Assembly: GCF_006345805.1 (NCBI RefSeq)
Contig: NC_043005.1
Span: 76,942,001 to 77,006,000, forward strand
Reading direction: 5' to 3'
DNA: 64,000 bases
From: Octopus sinensis
Lineage: Eukaryota
Within the stretch, counting starts at the first letter, position 1. Each line of letters begins with the position of its first letter. Positions 48,529 to 62,186 of this stretch are shown piece after piece. The translations under genes were made by a program, and so were the position numbers. Under the pieces are notes generated by a model, which did not search any database, was not told the origin of the DNA, and saw only the letters and a program-made list of their open reading frames with translations.

Positions 48529-49157
48529 TCTATATGAAATATTCAAAACGTACCTATCGCATGTGATTTCCGTTTACAATTAACAGCAATTTTTTTGAAT
48601 AGAGATAACGTTGTCTTCTCACAAGGAAACAAACATTCATGGCTTGAATTTGAATAACAACAGTGATGCTGGTTGCAACTCAGAAACCAAGCTCCTTATC
48701 ACACACCCACGTAGCTAAGTGCACCAATAACTTATAAAGCTAATGTGAATACGAAATTGTTAGACAATTGTATTTATAAATGTATGTAGCTATCTATGGA
48801 TGTATCTCCGAATGTATGAAAGAGTATTTATTAAAATGTTGCTCGTTAGTTAATTGCTTTCAGCTAAATACTTAACGCATTAATGTTGCTTCAATATTTT
48901 AATCTTTTGTTCTGTTATGTGACGTAGTATTTCTAATATCTATGCTTGTTTATTTCTCCATTGTTCATTTATTCTGATATTGTTCGATGTCAGATGCAAA
49001 AACGTACATATACTTTCCAGATGTCCACATACAATTTTTCTTTTCTGACATTAAAAGCTGACACATTTTTCTTGTCTTTCAATTCGTGCATGCATATGTC
49101 TGTTGGTGTATAGTACATACATATATTATATGCATGCATATCTTTATTCTTATATAT

Positions 49158-49195
<38 letters not shown>

Positions 49196-49200
49196 CACAT

Positions 49201-49242
<42 letters not shown>

Positions 49243-49398
49243 TATATATACAATATATATATACGTAGATATATAAATGTATATATATAAATAAAATAAA
49301 TGCGTCCTTTGAAAGCCTAGCCAGGCTCATGCCTAGCCAGGCCCAGCTTCCCGGCTTCAATGGCGTATGTGTTCCCCATATATATACATATATATACA

Positions 49399-49446
<48 letters not shown>

Positions 49447-49583
49447 TATTATATATATTATATATATATTATATATATATGTGTGTGTGGTGTGTGTGTA
49501 TGTATATATATGTATAAATAAATAAATAATATATATATATATATATATACATACATACGTTATAATTGATAACAAGCAATAGG

Positions 49584-49657
49584 TTGTCAGTACTCAGTTT
49601 CGAATGTCGGAGCGAAGAGGTATGACGCTTTCGAAACACTGAGTACTATTATGACAA
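49584..49657. repeat. About 74-nt imperfect hairpin
   Basis: ttgtc-agtactcagtttcgaa / ttcgaaacactgagtact-(att)a-tgacaa. Confidence 0.7.
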
Positions 49658-49741
49658 TTTACTGTTTGTTCTTAATTATAACATGTATAAATAATCCTCT
49701 GTTTATCTAATATCGAGGTCTCATTCTTTTGTTGATACTTT

Positions 49742-49788
<47 letters not shown>

Positions 49789-49892
49789 ATTATTATTATA
49801 TATACACACACATATATATACATATATACATACATATATATTTATGTATACATACATATATTTTTATGTATATATATATGGGTATAACTGGG

Positions 49893-50209
49893 TATAAAAT
49901 TCTTCCCTGAAGACGGAGGCTGATATTATCCAATGATGGAATCAATTTACAATCATTATTTTGGACCACCAAACCCCCAGAAACAGCTGTTGCGCTCGCA
50001 AATCCCATTTAATTCCTGGGTATAACTGCAAATTCATGTGCGTCTTTCCTCTGTAATGATAGGTTGTTTTTTTCTTTCTCTTCCATTTCGTCGGTTTCTT
50101 AGGTTTTCAGAGATATTATGGCTTATTTGTGTATTTTTCGACTCTCTATTCTAGTTTAAGCTGATATTATCATGGTACCCTTAATTACAAATATATATCT
50201 ATATATATA

Positions 50210-50255
<46 letters not shown>

Positions 50256-50639
50256 TATCTATATATAATGTATATATATGCATGTATGTATGTGTGTATG
50301 TATTATGTACACACACGCACACATATAGATGACAGACAGATATTCTCCGATAAGAATACACTTTGTAGTGCTCAAGAGGTTTAAACTTGAACAGGTCGAA
50401 GAGTAAATAAAAGGATAAGCAAGTTAGGTAAGTCAATATACAAAAATATGAAATAAAAATGTACCTATGTTTATGCATAAGAAGGTCTGACTGACACAGA
50501 ATAGAAATGATATCAGGAATTAAATGGGATTTGCGAGCGCAACAGCTGTTTCTGGGGGCTTGGTGGTCCAAAATAATGATTGTAAATTGATTCCATCATT
50601 GGATAATACCAGCCTCCGTCTTCAGGGAAGAATTTTATA
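49893..50639. repeat. 126-bp inverted repeat pair (49893-50018 / 50514-50639), 2 mismatches
   Basis: Aligned by eye; both arms carry a decayed hammerhead CTGAAGA-C-GGAGGCTG...GAAA-CAGCTG-TT. Confidence 0.88.
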
Positions 50640-51479
50640 TTTGTGGTATTGACAGAAAGGAGATTAAAGATGGAATCTGTAACAATCATGATCATCATCA
50701 TGATCATCATCGTCCTCATCATAATTCACCCCCACAAGAACCTAAATCGGGGTTATGCTAAGATAAAACATTTCAAAATATTTGGACGTGGGTTTGACAC
50801 GTTATCTATTCAAGCAATAGCAAACCATGTGAGCCTATTAAAAAAAAAAGAAATAATTATCAATGCATTGGCGTATGTTCATTAACACATTTAAACGAGT
50901 TTGTATTTTTGTATTGTTTTTCAATCTCCATTGAATGTGCCAAATTTACGAGGGATCAGCCAAATACAATTTGAAACTTGGCAAAATTAAGTAGTACGAA
51001 GCTATTTATATCATAACTTCCAAACAACAGATATGGGTTACAAACAAGTAATAAAGCTGTTGTCATTTAAAGTGCATTACTTATTTAAAGAGCATTATTA
51101 TTATATAGTAAACCTTACGATGCGTGATTCTTAATGCTAGTTGTGTTTTTCACCCATAATTATCGACTAAGTTTATTCTTTAAATACATCGATGGAAACT
51201 ACCTGTAAAATATGCTAAAATAAGTAATTCTATAATATTTAATCAATTAATTTGGCGGTATAATGGCAGATCTTGTAGCGTGGTCTCCAAAATCATCACA
51301 CGCATAATATATATGCACATCTCGCTTTCGTCCTGGCTGTAACGATAAAATAATTAAATAATGAAAGATCATAAGTAAACTTTACCCTTCAGTGCTGCAC
51401 AAAACTTCCAGGTCTTATGACGATAGGAGACAGTATCATTACTGTTATAATAATACAGTATATTGTAATATGATGCGAT

Positions 51480-52270
51480 AAGGCGGCGAGTTGGCAGAAA
51501 CGTTACCACACCGGACGAAATGCATAACGGTATTTCGTCTGCCGCTACATCCTGAGTTCAAATTCCGCTGAGGTCGACTTTGCCTTTCATCCTTTCGTGG
51601 TCGATAAATTAAGTACCAGTTACGTACTGGGGTCGAGGTAATCAACTTAATCCCTTTGTATGTCCTTCTTTGTCCGCTCTGTGTTTAGTCCCTTGTGGGT
51701 TGTAAAGAAATAGGTATTTCGTCTGACGTTACGTTCTGAGTTCAAATTCCGCCGAGGTTGACTTTGCTTTTCATCCTTTCGGGGTTGATAAATTAAGTAG
51801 CAGTTACACACTGGGGACTGTCCTTGTTTGTCCCCTCTATGTTTAGACCCTTGTGGGCAATAAAGAAATAAGAATTGTTACCGCGCCGGCAAAATATCTA
51901 GTGGCATTATATTTTGAGTTCGAATTCCCCCGAGATCAGCTTTGCCTTTCATGTGTTCGGGTTCGATAAAATTAAAATAAGTACCACTTGGGTTGATTTA
52001 CCTCCTGCCCTGAAATTGCTGGTCTTGTGCCAAAATTTGAAACCAATAGTATTCAATAAGACGGCAAGCTGGCAGAATCTTTTCCGGAGTTGACAAAATA
52101 TTTAGCTGCATTTCGTCCGTCTTCATGTCCTGACTTCAAGTTCCGCTGAGGTTGACTTTGCCTCTCATCTTTTCGGGGTCAAAAAAATAAGTACCAGTTG
52201 AGCACTGGGATCGATGTAATCGAAAATCTCCCTCCTGCAAACATGGTGGCCTTGTGCGACAATTCGAAAC
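51480..52270 (+). mobile_element. SINE cluster: dimeric young copy (51480-51870) followed by two older copies
   Basis: Same unit junction aaagaaatag|gtatttcgtct as at 32580 and 39510; older heads at about 51871 and 52058. Confidence 0.8.
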
Positions 52271-53106
52271 CAAATATGATTACCATACGATATTTTTCCA
52301 TAATGATGACATAGATGGTAATGAGCTGAGCAGTAAAAAAAGTTCAAATCTTACCAGTCAGCATTGGTATCGCATTTTATCCCACCATTAATTTGTAGGA
52401 AATGTTTTATATATTCAGTTCAACCGTCTACAGTTACTCTATATTTTATTCTTTTATTTGTTTCAGTCACTTGACTGCGGCCAAGCTGGAGCACATCTTT
52501 TATTTGTACTTGTATGTAGATACAATTAATATAATGCAATAACAGAAGTTTATACAGGAACAAGAAGTAAACAACCAATCGGAGTACACAACAAGCCAAG
52601 TAATGGAGTGAACAGAAGCGATAAAATCAGAGACAAGACTTTCTGCTCAGTGGATATTATTATCATATTACTCACGCCTTAGTGGCTGAGAATATATGCA
52701 TCTGTGATCATGCACAGTAGTAGTGGGGAAGCATTATATCCATGTGTGGAGAGAGATTGTTTGGGGTTTGAATAAATGTAACAAAAGGAAAGTTGTAAAC
52801 AAATAGGAAATAACAGATACTACCCAAGGACAAAAATCGTTTTACACGGTGTAATAAAAATAATATAGTTTACATAAAACATTTGATATTGATAATGTAT
52901 CAAGCTGTGACTGTCCAGTGATAATATTTGCTGTACAATCTGGAAGCATACTTTTTTACAATGCTTCATTTGATGAACGAGTCGTTGAAGCCATTTATAT
53001 ATGAATTCATATAAATTTAAATTTTGAACACACATGCCAAACGTTATATTAATGAATTAAATCCATCGCATCTCCACCTGTATATATATATATATAATAT
53101 ATATAT

Positions 53107-53172
53107 ATCACGTGATCACGTGACCGACCAGACCATCAGATGTTGCTACATATCGCTAGTCACAATGCGTTC
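53107..53172 (-). mobile_element. Isolated 3' tail of the SINE seen at 62187-62453
   Basis: atcacgtgatcacgtgaccgaccagaccatcagatgttgctacatatcgctagtcacaatgcg is the reverse complement of 62388-62453. Confidence 0.85.
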
Positions 53173-54499
53173 CAACAAAATTGACGAACTTCTTCACCAT
53201 TCCCGGGACAACTCAGAAAACTACCATCAACAACTTTCGGATAAGATTGATGTAAACCTAAATGAAATCAACACTACACTGAAAACTCTACTTACCAATT
53301 TAACGCCGAAGAAACCTCAGATACCACTCAACACACAGAAGGAACACACTTCAACCGCAGCACAGCACATTAAAAACCAGATCATCACTACCTGGACTAA
53401 GAAACTACACAACAGAAAACTTCTCTTCTGGAACATGCTCAAAAACCAAAACAAAGCTGAAATTTACGACAAATGGTTAAACTCTTCCTCTATCATACTA
53501 CCCCGAAAATTCCAAATCAAACACATCCCAGACGAGCCTGAAAAACAACGCTCCCTAAGAGAAAAACTAACATTGGAAAAAATGAAAACTGAAGTAGAAC
53601 TTCTAAAACTCAGAGCACAAAACCACGAACAAAAATACGCAAAAATAGATGATGAGATGCTTCTAGAACTAACCTCACACACCAATAAACAGCCCCTCGA
53701 ACTTGTTATTAAACTATGGAAAGATGAATGTGAAAAGGAAGAACGAACCTCCCTTAAACGCTGGGAAAACAACAAAGAGTTCTTCCTCAATTATGAAACA
53801 CAATTCATATTAAACCATAAATCCAAAAACCCATTCATAAAAGTACCCACAACACAGACTTCCACTGTCCCCTATAAACACCACCTCAAACCACACCTCA
53901 AATACACATACTCTCCAAACCCCCTCCTAACAGGACACAACCTCCCCCAACCACAGAAAAAGCCTCCCCCCCCCCCCGAAACATCTCAAACAAGACCCAC
54001 CACAAAACCTGGATTTCTAGTCACTCTAACACCCCTCCCCCACCGACAAGAACCATCAAGAACCTCCCATACACTAAGAATTATCCCCCCCTCAATGCTC
54101 CCCTCCTTCACACTAATAACAAACAAGGAATCCTACCCACACCGATACATATAATACCCACCCCTTATAGTCCACCCATCCAACAACCACACTCCTACCA
54201 CATTTCCGACAGATCTCCAAACCCTCACATCCCACACGAACCCAATCACCACAACTACATACCCCACTACTTCCCCCATACAATCTACCATACACACACC
54301 CACAAACCCACCACATTTCTCACAAAACACTACACCATCGCATCCCATACCAACATAAGTACTACAACTACCTACCCCCTTCCAACCTCCCCATCCAAAA
54401 ACACCCCTACACATACAACAAGAACTCTAATAAACAATACACCCCTTACCTCAACAACCATTTTTTAGACAGAGGGGAAAAATACAAACACCACCGCTA

Positions 54500-56734
54500 A
54501 CACAGACCCAAAATAAGAAAACAAAAATTATAAACCTCTCCAGCAAAACACTGACACCTACCCAAATCAACATCCTAGCAAGATGTTTGAAATTCACACC
54601 CACCCCAAGAACACTTAACCCCCTGGAGGTCAAGGATGACGTTTCTGAATTCTGCAGAAAACTTCGTTTAACAGAAGCTTTGACAGATCTCAACAATGGG
54701 GACGATTCATTGATCAGAAATAAAAGCAACTTCCTACCTCCAAAAGGGAGAAATAAAACACTGGACGATTTTTGCAAACACATCCAGAGTCTCCCCTTTA
54801 CCCCAGGCAAAACCAAGGTAAAATCCAATTTCAGTAAGGAAGAATGGAAAAACCTACGTGACATACAACTGGATAAAACCTTACCATCAAAGAAGCCGAC
54901 AAAGGGAGCGCTGTGGTCCTTATGGACACGGAGTTTTATAAACACCTAGTGCTTTCCATGCTAAACAATAACTTTTTCTATGAGGTTATTAACAACTATA
55001 AACAACAAAAAACAATCAGAAACCTCACCACACTCATACTCCAACACGGTCAGGGACTCACAGAAAAAGAAAGGGATTATATCACCAATTTCAAATGCAA
55101 GCCCAGCCTTTTTTATGGCCTTCCTAAAATCCATAAAAACAAATACATCACCGAAGCCTGCAAACTCTCCTCTGACATCCACATCAACATCAAAGCACCG
55201 GAGGACCTAAAACTAAGGTCCATCGTGGCTGGCACCTCCTGTGAAACACACCGCCTGAGTAATTTCCTAGACATCCTTTTGAAACCTTTCCTTACCCACA
55301 TCAAAAGTTTCATTAGGGATGATCTGGACATGCTCAAACACCTCCCGAAAACAGTTAACGAGGAGACACTCCTGGTATCCTTTGATGTCATCAACCTCTA
55401 CACCCACATCCCACATGAATATGGTATTGAGGCAATTGATTTCTGGCTAGAAAAATACCCAGAGTCATTCCCTGATCGCATTCACAAGACCTTTATTACG
55501 GAATCACTCAAGTTCATTCAAACAAACAATTTTTTCCTCTTCGACAACACACACTACCGTCAAAAATGTGGTATTGCGATGGGTACCAAGGCTGCACCAG
55601 TCCTTGCGAACCTCATAATGGGTTTCTTCGAACTATCACTCTATGAAATATCACGCCAGAAATTTGACATGTTTTCCACACCTACCTAATGGAAAACTGG
55701 AAAAGGTATTTGGATGTTGTTTCATCATCATATGGAAAGAACCTTATGAAAAACTTCTGGAGTTCAAAACCATACTGAACAACATACATCCCAACATCCA
55801 ATTCACTATGGAATTAAGCAAACATCATCTCCCTTTCCTTGATCTCCTAATTATAAAAACACCTAAGAACCAAATCATAACAGACATCTACCACAAACCT
55901 ACAGACTCACAACAATACCTCCTCTTTAGTTCATGCCACCCAAAACGCACCAATACAAATATCCCTTTCAACTTAGCTAAAAAGGTATGCACCATTGTCT
56001 CGGATCCAAAAACACGAGAAATACGCCTTCAAGACCTCAAAAAAAAACACTATTACAACGCCAATATCCCTCCACCCTTATAGAGTATGGAATAAAACGC
56101 GCCAAAGAACTAGAAAACATTACACTGAAAACTACCCAACCTAACACCAAACACAACCCCAAAATAATTCCCATACATTTCCACCCACAACCCCAAAAAT
56201 ATCGAAGCATACACCACAATCATACAAAACCTCAGTCTACTGTCAACAGACCCAAAAGTGAAAAACATTATAAATACACACAAAATCCTCAAATGTAAAA
56301 GGCAACACAAATCTTTAAAAAAACTCTTGACAAATGCCAAACTTCACACACCACATCCACCCCCAGCAGTTAAAAAATGTGCACGCCCAAACTGTGGCAC
56401 CTGCCCCTTCCTACTTGAAGGCTCTGAATTTATCTTCAAACAAGGAACGAAGTTTAAAATCAAGACTAACTTCTCCTGTTCCTCCGAGAACCTTATCTAC
56501 GCTCTCACATGCGCTGGTTGCCGACATAATTATGTTGGACAAACGAGTCTCCCGTTACGTAAACGAGTAGCGGTGCATAAAGAACAAATAAATCTCCCGG
56601 AATACCGACAAATTCCACTGAGTGACCACATAGACTCATGCGCTAAAGACATAAATCCCAAATTCTACATATTCTGCTTCTACCAATGTAAAGACGGGAT
56701 CACCACACAAGAGAGAATTAACAACGCAACTTAA
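54500..56734 (+). pseudogene. PLE reverse transcriptase + GIY-YIG endonuclease coding region, at least 4 frameshifts
   Basis: Consecutive ORFs 54587-54949, 54913-55689, 55643-56083, 55987-56298 and 56258-56734 tile the polyprotein; the catalytic YLDD region is disrupted near 55705-55720. Confidence 0.88.
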
Positions 56735-57423
56735 TATGCAAACTCCTCGTTGATCATACTTCCTTTTTCTACCTCATTCTTCATGGATGGACTTACACAA
56801 ATATATAAGGATACCATGCATTCATCACTTCAAGCTAAAACTTATATTCTTTAAATATCATTATTATTATTGTTGTTATTATTACTATCATTTTTATTAT
56901 ATATGACATGACAATCTGAAATGTAATTATAAATTGGTTTATGCAAATTTATATAATTAGAAAATAATATAAATAAAGTGTTAAAATCTGAATGTTAAGT
57001 TAGCAAACAATTATAAAAAAAGATAATGCAAATGAAGCTAAAATGGTAATTTTATAATTTAAGGTTTATTAACACCCTTTATCACAAAAAATTGATAAAC
57101 ACAAATTGAAGAGCTCAAAACCCATAGAGTTGTCTCCCCTTATTCACAACACAGGAACTGAAGAACTACAATTACTACTACTTCCTGTTTTGCCAACACC
57201 CTAATTAAACTAAACAACACATGGCTTAATCCCATTGGATCCTAATACTTCAAGGTAATTTTTCGTGAACAATCATTAAACTCAAGATACACAAAGACTT
57301 CACAATGTATCGGAGTACTAATTTTTTTATTTTTTGTACATATTTATCATTATTTTTTTGCAAAAAACAATGCAATTTTCTTTTTTCCCCTTTCTCACAT
57401 TAAAAATTTTTTTTTACTTTACT

Positions 57424-57463
57424 ATTCTTGAAAAGTCACATTATGACGAAAACCGGTTTGAAT
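57424..57463 (+). ncRNA. Minimal hammerhead with U3-A8 core variant in the PLE 3' region
   Basis: ATTC-TTGAAAA-GTCA(CATTA)TGAC-GAAA-ACCGGT-TT-GAAT; stems I and II pair, palindromic AAACCGGTTT stem III; same sense as the PLE ORF. Confidence 0.65.
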
Positions 57464-57629
57464 TAATATATATTTATATATTTTATCAATTTTTCAAAAA
57501 CTTTTTCCATATACCCATTTACATTAAAATTTTCTTTCAATTTAGCATTCTGCATTTTTACAATTTTTCCTTGCTTATCATTTCTCCACATGCGGTCAAA
57601 CAAACCCTACCATTTATTGATATATATAT

Positions 57630-57696
<67 letters not shown>

Positions 57697-57868
57697 TTTT
57701 TTGAAAAGCAGCAAAAATATATCACAAAAACTGTTACACGCAGTATCATGTTCCCGTTCGCCAGACAGTTTCCACCTTGCTTTTAATAAAGTTTATTACT
57801 CTACCTCTGGTATTCGAGAGTATTATTTCTTCCAACTTGTTTCGCATTTATGTGCTTATTCTGGTGTG

Positions 57869-57903
<35 letters not shown>

Positions 57904-59505
57904 ATATATGTGTGTGTGTGTGTGTATGTGTGTGTGTATAATATATATATGTATGTATATGCATTTTTGTTCCATGCTTTAGCATTTATGACGGTATGTA
58001 ATCCACTATAATATGAGATCGATTTTGTCTAAGCTGGTTTAACAAACAGCTAGAATAAATTATGCGTCTAGATTTTTGATGAATTGATTAATTGATTATT
58101 AATTAGCTTAGCGTGCGAAGTGGTTACGTATTCCATAGACAGGTATGTCTGATTCAGTTAGGACGAATTATGGAACTAAATTTCAGTTACAGGTATATTT
58201 CTCGACCCTAATTTGCTCACGAGGTTTGAGTCTACCCTAGGCACTGACCCATGATTTTAGACCGTAAGATCGAGACCGCAACCACATGACTATGGAATGA
58301 ACTTCTAATCTACTATATTATTCTGCTTCCATACATGAATGCGAGAGCACATGCACGAATGATTGCGCGAGCACACCCACACACATATATGCATGAATGT
58401 ATATATTCATGTATTTATGTATGTATGTATGTATGTATGTATGTATGTTTGTCTGTGTAGTAGATTTCTAATGTAATAATAAAATACGTTGAAGAAACGT
58501 CTTCACTACTTAGAATGTAATTTTAGCGAGTTGTGGCTTTAGTTCGAAATTATTGTAAATAGAGTAATCCTCGTCTTTAACCACGAACGGTTAGTAGAAG
58601 TAAAATAAACGTGTTAAATCTTATGTTCGATTTAGACGATTCCACAAACATGATCAATGACGTCTTCACTTTAATTAGGCTACACTTCATAGGCTGGCAT
58701 AAATTACAACCCTTCCAACGTGCATAATGTTAAAGTGAATAACTCTTGCCAAAACAACATTCCTCCAAAATTGCACACTGCAACATATATATACGCATGT
58801 CTCGAAGAATTATATAGAATATAGAGCCAATAAATTCAACGAAAGCTTCGCTTAGAATATGAAGTCATTCGTGTTCAACTCTACGTCCGGATGGGTTTAA
58901 TCTGCAGGATTTGAAACCAGGGAAATATTGTATTCAGAATAAACTGGAATATTGTTGGAAAGGCACACTTTATTATACACAATCTGAAAGGTACATACAA
59001 CGTTCACACTTGCTTCTGAAAAGTACCGTTCATATTGCAACAGTTCATTGTTTCTTCTCACAAAAAAATAATTGATTTGCTATAAAGCTACCACTGACGG
59101 TGTTCTGTGGTATTTAGTTTCATGCTATTAAGTGTTAATATCATTTCATAAATTTGACTTCACTTATTGCAACAGCCTGCTATACCACCTAATACGGATA
59201 CACTTTATTGCAAAGACAGTTCTTTCTTTTGGATAATTTTAAACCATTAGCTGTTAATACTGCGCATAATTTTATTAGCATTTTGAAGCTCACTGAAGTT
59301 AGAAATGTAAGGGAGACGACCTTGATCTATCGTACTAGATTTACCTTACATTCAGTAGCAGTTGTCAGGTTGAGATAGCTGTTCATCACCTGATCCAAAC
59401 AGACCGAAGAGAAAACATCTTATTCATTGGTGCAATGAGAATTAGCTTTATTTAAAAGCTCTCTCCTTGCTTCTTCACCACCACTTTTTTTATTTTAGTA
59501 TTGTT

Positions 59506-59672
59506 TGTGAAAGTTCAAGTAACCCATCTCAGTTTAAACTATTAATATAAATATTTATGTGTATGTTTAGGGGTGTATGTATGTCTATACAACCAGACAT
59601 TGTATTTCTGTGTCTGTGAAAGTTCGAGTGACGCGCATCTTAGTTTAACTGTTAATACAAACATTTGTGTGT
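59506..59672 (+). repeat. Imperfect about 60-bp direct repeat, 109-bp period
   Basis: tgtgaaagttc.agt.ac...catct.agttta(a)act.ttaata.aaa.attt.tgtgtatg occurs twice. Confidence 0.7.
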
Positions 59673-59709
59673 ATGCATGTATGCATGCGTATGCTTGCGT
59701 CTAAATGTG

Positions 59710-59760
<51 letters not shown>

Positions 59761-60180
59761 TGCGTGCGTGTGTATTTGCGCTTGTGTAACAATTGTGCTG
59801 AGTACCTGATGAGACGCGGAGATGATGGTTTCGACTATGTTATGCTTTTTTAAAAGTTTGTACAGCTCAAATATATATATATATATATTGAACACAAATT
59901 TTATTCTCCGCTAAAATAAATATAATAAACGCGGAGTTCTGCTGTAGAAAACATTTATTGTATAGAATATCAATGGAATTGCATCACGTTGACATTCAAC
60001 GTCAAAACGAATTCTACAATAGCAACAAATATATAGCCATAACAATTAAATAATAGTAATAATAACAACAACAACAACATAAAAACAATTGCTAACAGAA
60101 AAATAAACAATGTTATTATATTTTTATTATTCTTAAACAAGTTTGTCTCATTCCATTAGGCGTCAGTAAGAACAAATGCG

Positions 60181-60223
<43 letters not shown>

Positions 60224-61030
60224 TAATAATAGTAATAATAATAATAATATAATAATAATAATATTAATAAAATAATAATGATAACAATAATAATAATAAC
60301 AACAACAAAATCAATCAACGGACTACAGAATTTGTTTAAAATTGAACATAAACGCACGCCTTTAAATGTCAGTTGCCATTCAATTTCCTGCCATTGGTTC
60401 ATGGGAGATGGAATGGTTAAAGAATAACGGTAGCTCTTTGAATTTTGAAATAATCCAGTTTGACAGTCTTTTCAGGTTTGTTTTTTTGTCGTTGTTGTTG
60501 TTATTTTTGTTTTATTTGGTTGTAATCCCGGAGAAGTCACAGCGTTAATTCCGTTATAGTAAGAGAAACCATTCAAATATTTCTGAGTACTAATAATTTT
60601 AAAATATAGTGAAAACAAAAAATAGTGTTGACTATGATGAGAATAAATATTACTCTTAAATATTGCAAAATGTATTGTTTAAAAAAAATCGATCATTTAA
60701 CACGAGACTTTGTTTTATCTTCGCTTTTATTTCACGTATGTTTTTATTTATAGTATTTATTCTCATTCGTCATAGACGAATTATTAAAATACTTTTACTA
60801 TTTTTACTTTTCGTACATTTTTGTACTCTAGCTTTTTCTACATTTCAAAATAGAAAAATATTTTGCAATTTTTATTATTTTTTTTTTCATGGTATATTTT
60901 AGTTCAATGTTTATTTCCCTATTAGTTTAAAAGAAAAATGTGAATGAAATTAGAATACACGAGCAGAAAAAGGTGAAATATTGCTTACGTCATAATCTTA
61001 TAAAAAACGATATATATATATATATATATA

Positions 61031-61087
<57 letters not shown>

Positions 61088-61199
61088 GTGTGTGTGTGTG
61101 TGTGTGTAAGTATAGTTCATAGATGAGATTCGAATTTTCTCTGTACGAAATACACTTAGTAGTACTCGAGATATCTAAACTTCAACGGGTATACAAGTT

Positions 61200-61718
61200 A
61201 ATGTAGGGACAGCAAGTTAGACAGATCAATAAACTATGTTAAATACAAGAAATACAAAAAAGTGTATGTATGCATACATATAAAATGGTCCGACTTACAC
61301 AAAATAGAAATGAAATAGAGAATTAAAGGGAACGGGGAACAGTGTTATAGATCCAACAGCTGTTTACAGAAGTTTACAGATTGATTCCATTAGAGGACGA
61401 GGCGAGCCACCGTCTTCAGGGAAGAAATCTTCATTTGAGGCGTTAAAGAAAAGAAGTTTAAACTTCAAATGTAAGATTACTTCCCTGAAGACGGAAGCAC
61501 GTCTCATTCTCTGATGGAGTCAATCTACAAACATTATGAATTGCCGATCCCCCACAAACAGCTGTTAGATTTGTAATGTTGTTTCTCAACTTAAATACTC
61601 TATGTCATTTCTATTCTGTGTAAGTCGGACCATTTTGATATGTATACTTATATACATGTTTTGTATTCCATGTGTTTAACATACTCTATATATTGATCTA
61701 ACTTGCTTTCCCTACATT
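61200..61718. repeat. About 520-bp imperfect fold-back (palindromic) element
   Basis: aatgtaggga.agcaagttaga...aaaatggtccgacttacaca.aatagaaatga...aacagctgtt...ccgtcttcagggaag is mirrored on the right; short spacer near 61440-61465. Confidence 0.85.
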
Positions 61719-61980
61719 TACTTCTTCTCTCTCTCTCTCTTTCTATATATGTGTGTCTATATACATATATATACATATATAACTATGTATATATGTATAT
61801 ACATATATGTGTTCGGCTGATCTGCATTGATAAAGGGAAAAACCCTGAAACTAATTATATATGATTTATAAAAACGTTTGACATATTAATAAAAATCTGT
61901 AAATATAAAACCATCCAGATTTTTGAGTACCTTATTTCTTCTAATACATATATAAGTATACATATGTATATATATGCATA

Positions 61981-62023
<43 letters not shown>

Positions 62024-62086
62024 ATATGTATGTATGTATGTATACATATATATGTATATATATTTATACATATATATATATATATT

Positions 62087-62185
<99 letters not shown>

Positions 62186-62186
62186 G

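Larger units (their letters stand above)
53173..57620 (+). mobile_element. Penelope-like element (probably Neptune-type), nearly complete, multiply frameshifted
   Basis: KFTPTP, FYGLPKIHK, LRSIVAG, VSFDVINLYTHIP, YRQKCGIAMGT..AP.LANL, LPFLDL, YHKPTD..QYL...SCHP, zinc linker CARPNCGTC, GIY-YIG NLIYALTCAGCRHNYVGQT; hammerhead in the 3' region; ends in (TA)n. Confidence 0.9.

Noticed and set aside
53464-56340. Minus-strand ORFs over the Penelope element
   Set aside because: Antisense shadows of an A/C-rich coding strand.
59205-59473. Protein-like minus-strand reading as a fourth member of the putative helical ORF family
   Set aside because: It needs in-frame stops and a frameshift to align; indistinguishable from chance.
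59806-59840. CTGATGAGAC...GTTTCGAC
   Set aside because: The second core element is in the wrong orientation (no GAAA on this strand); no stems I or III.
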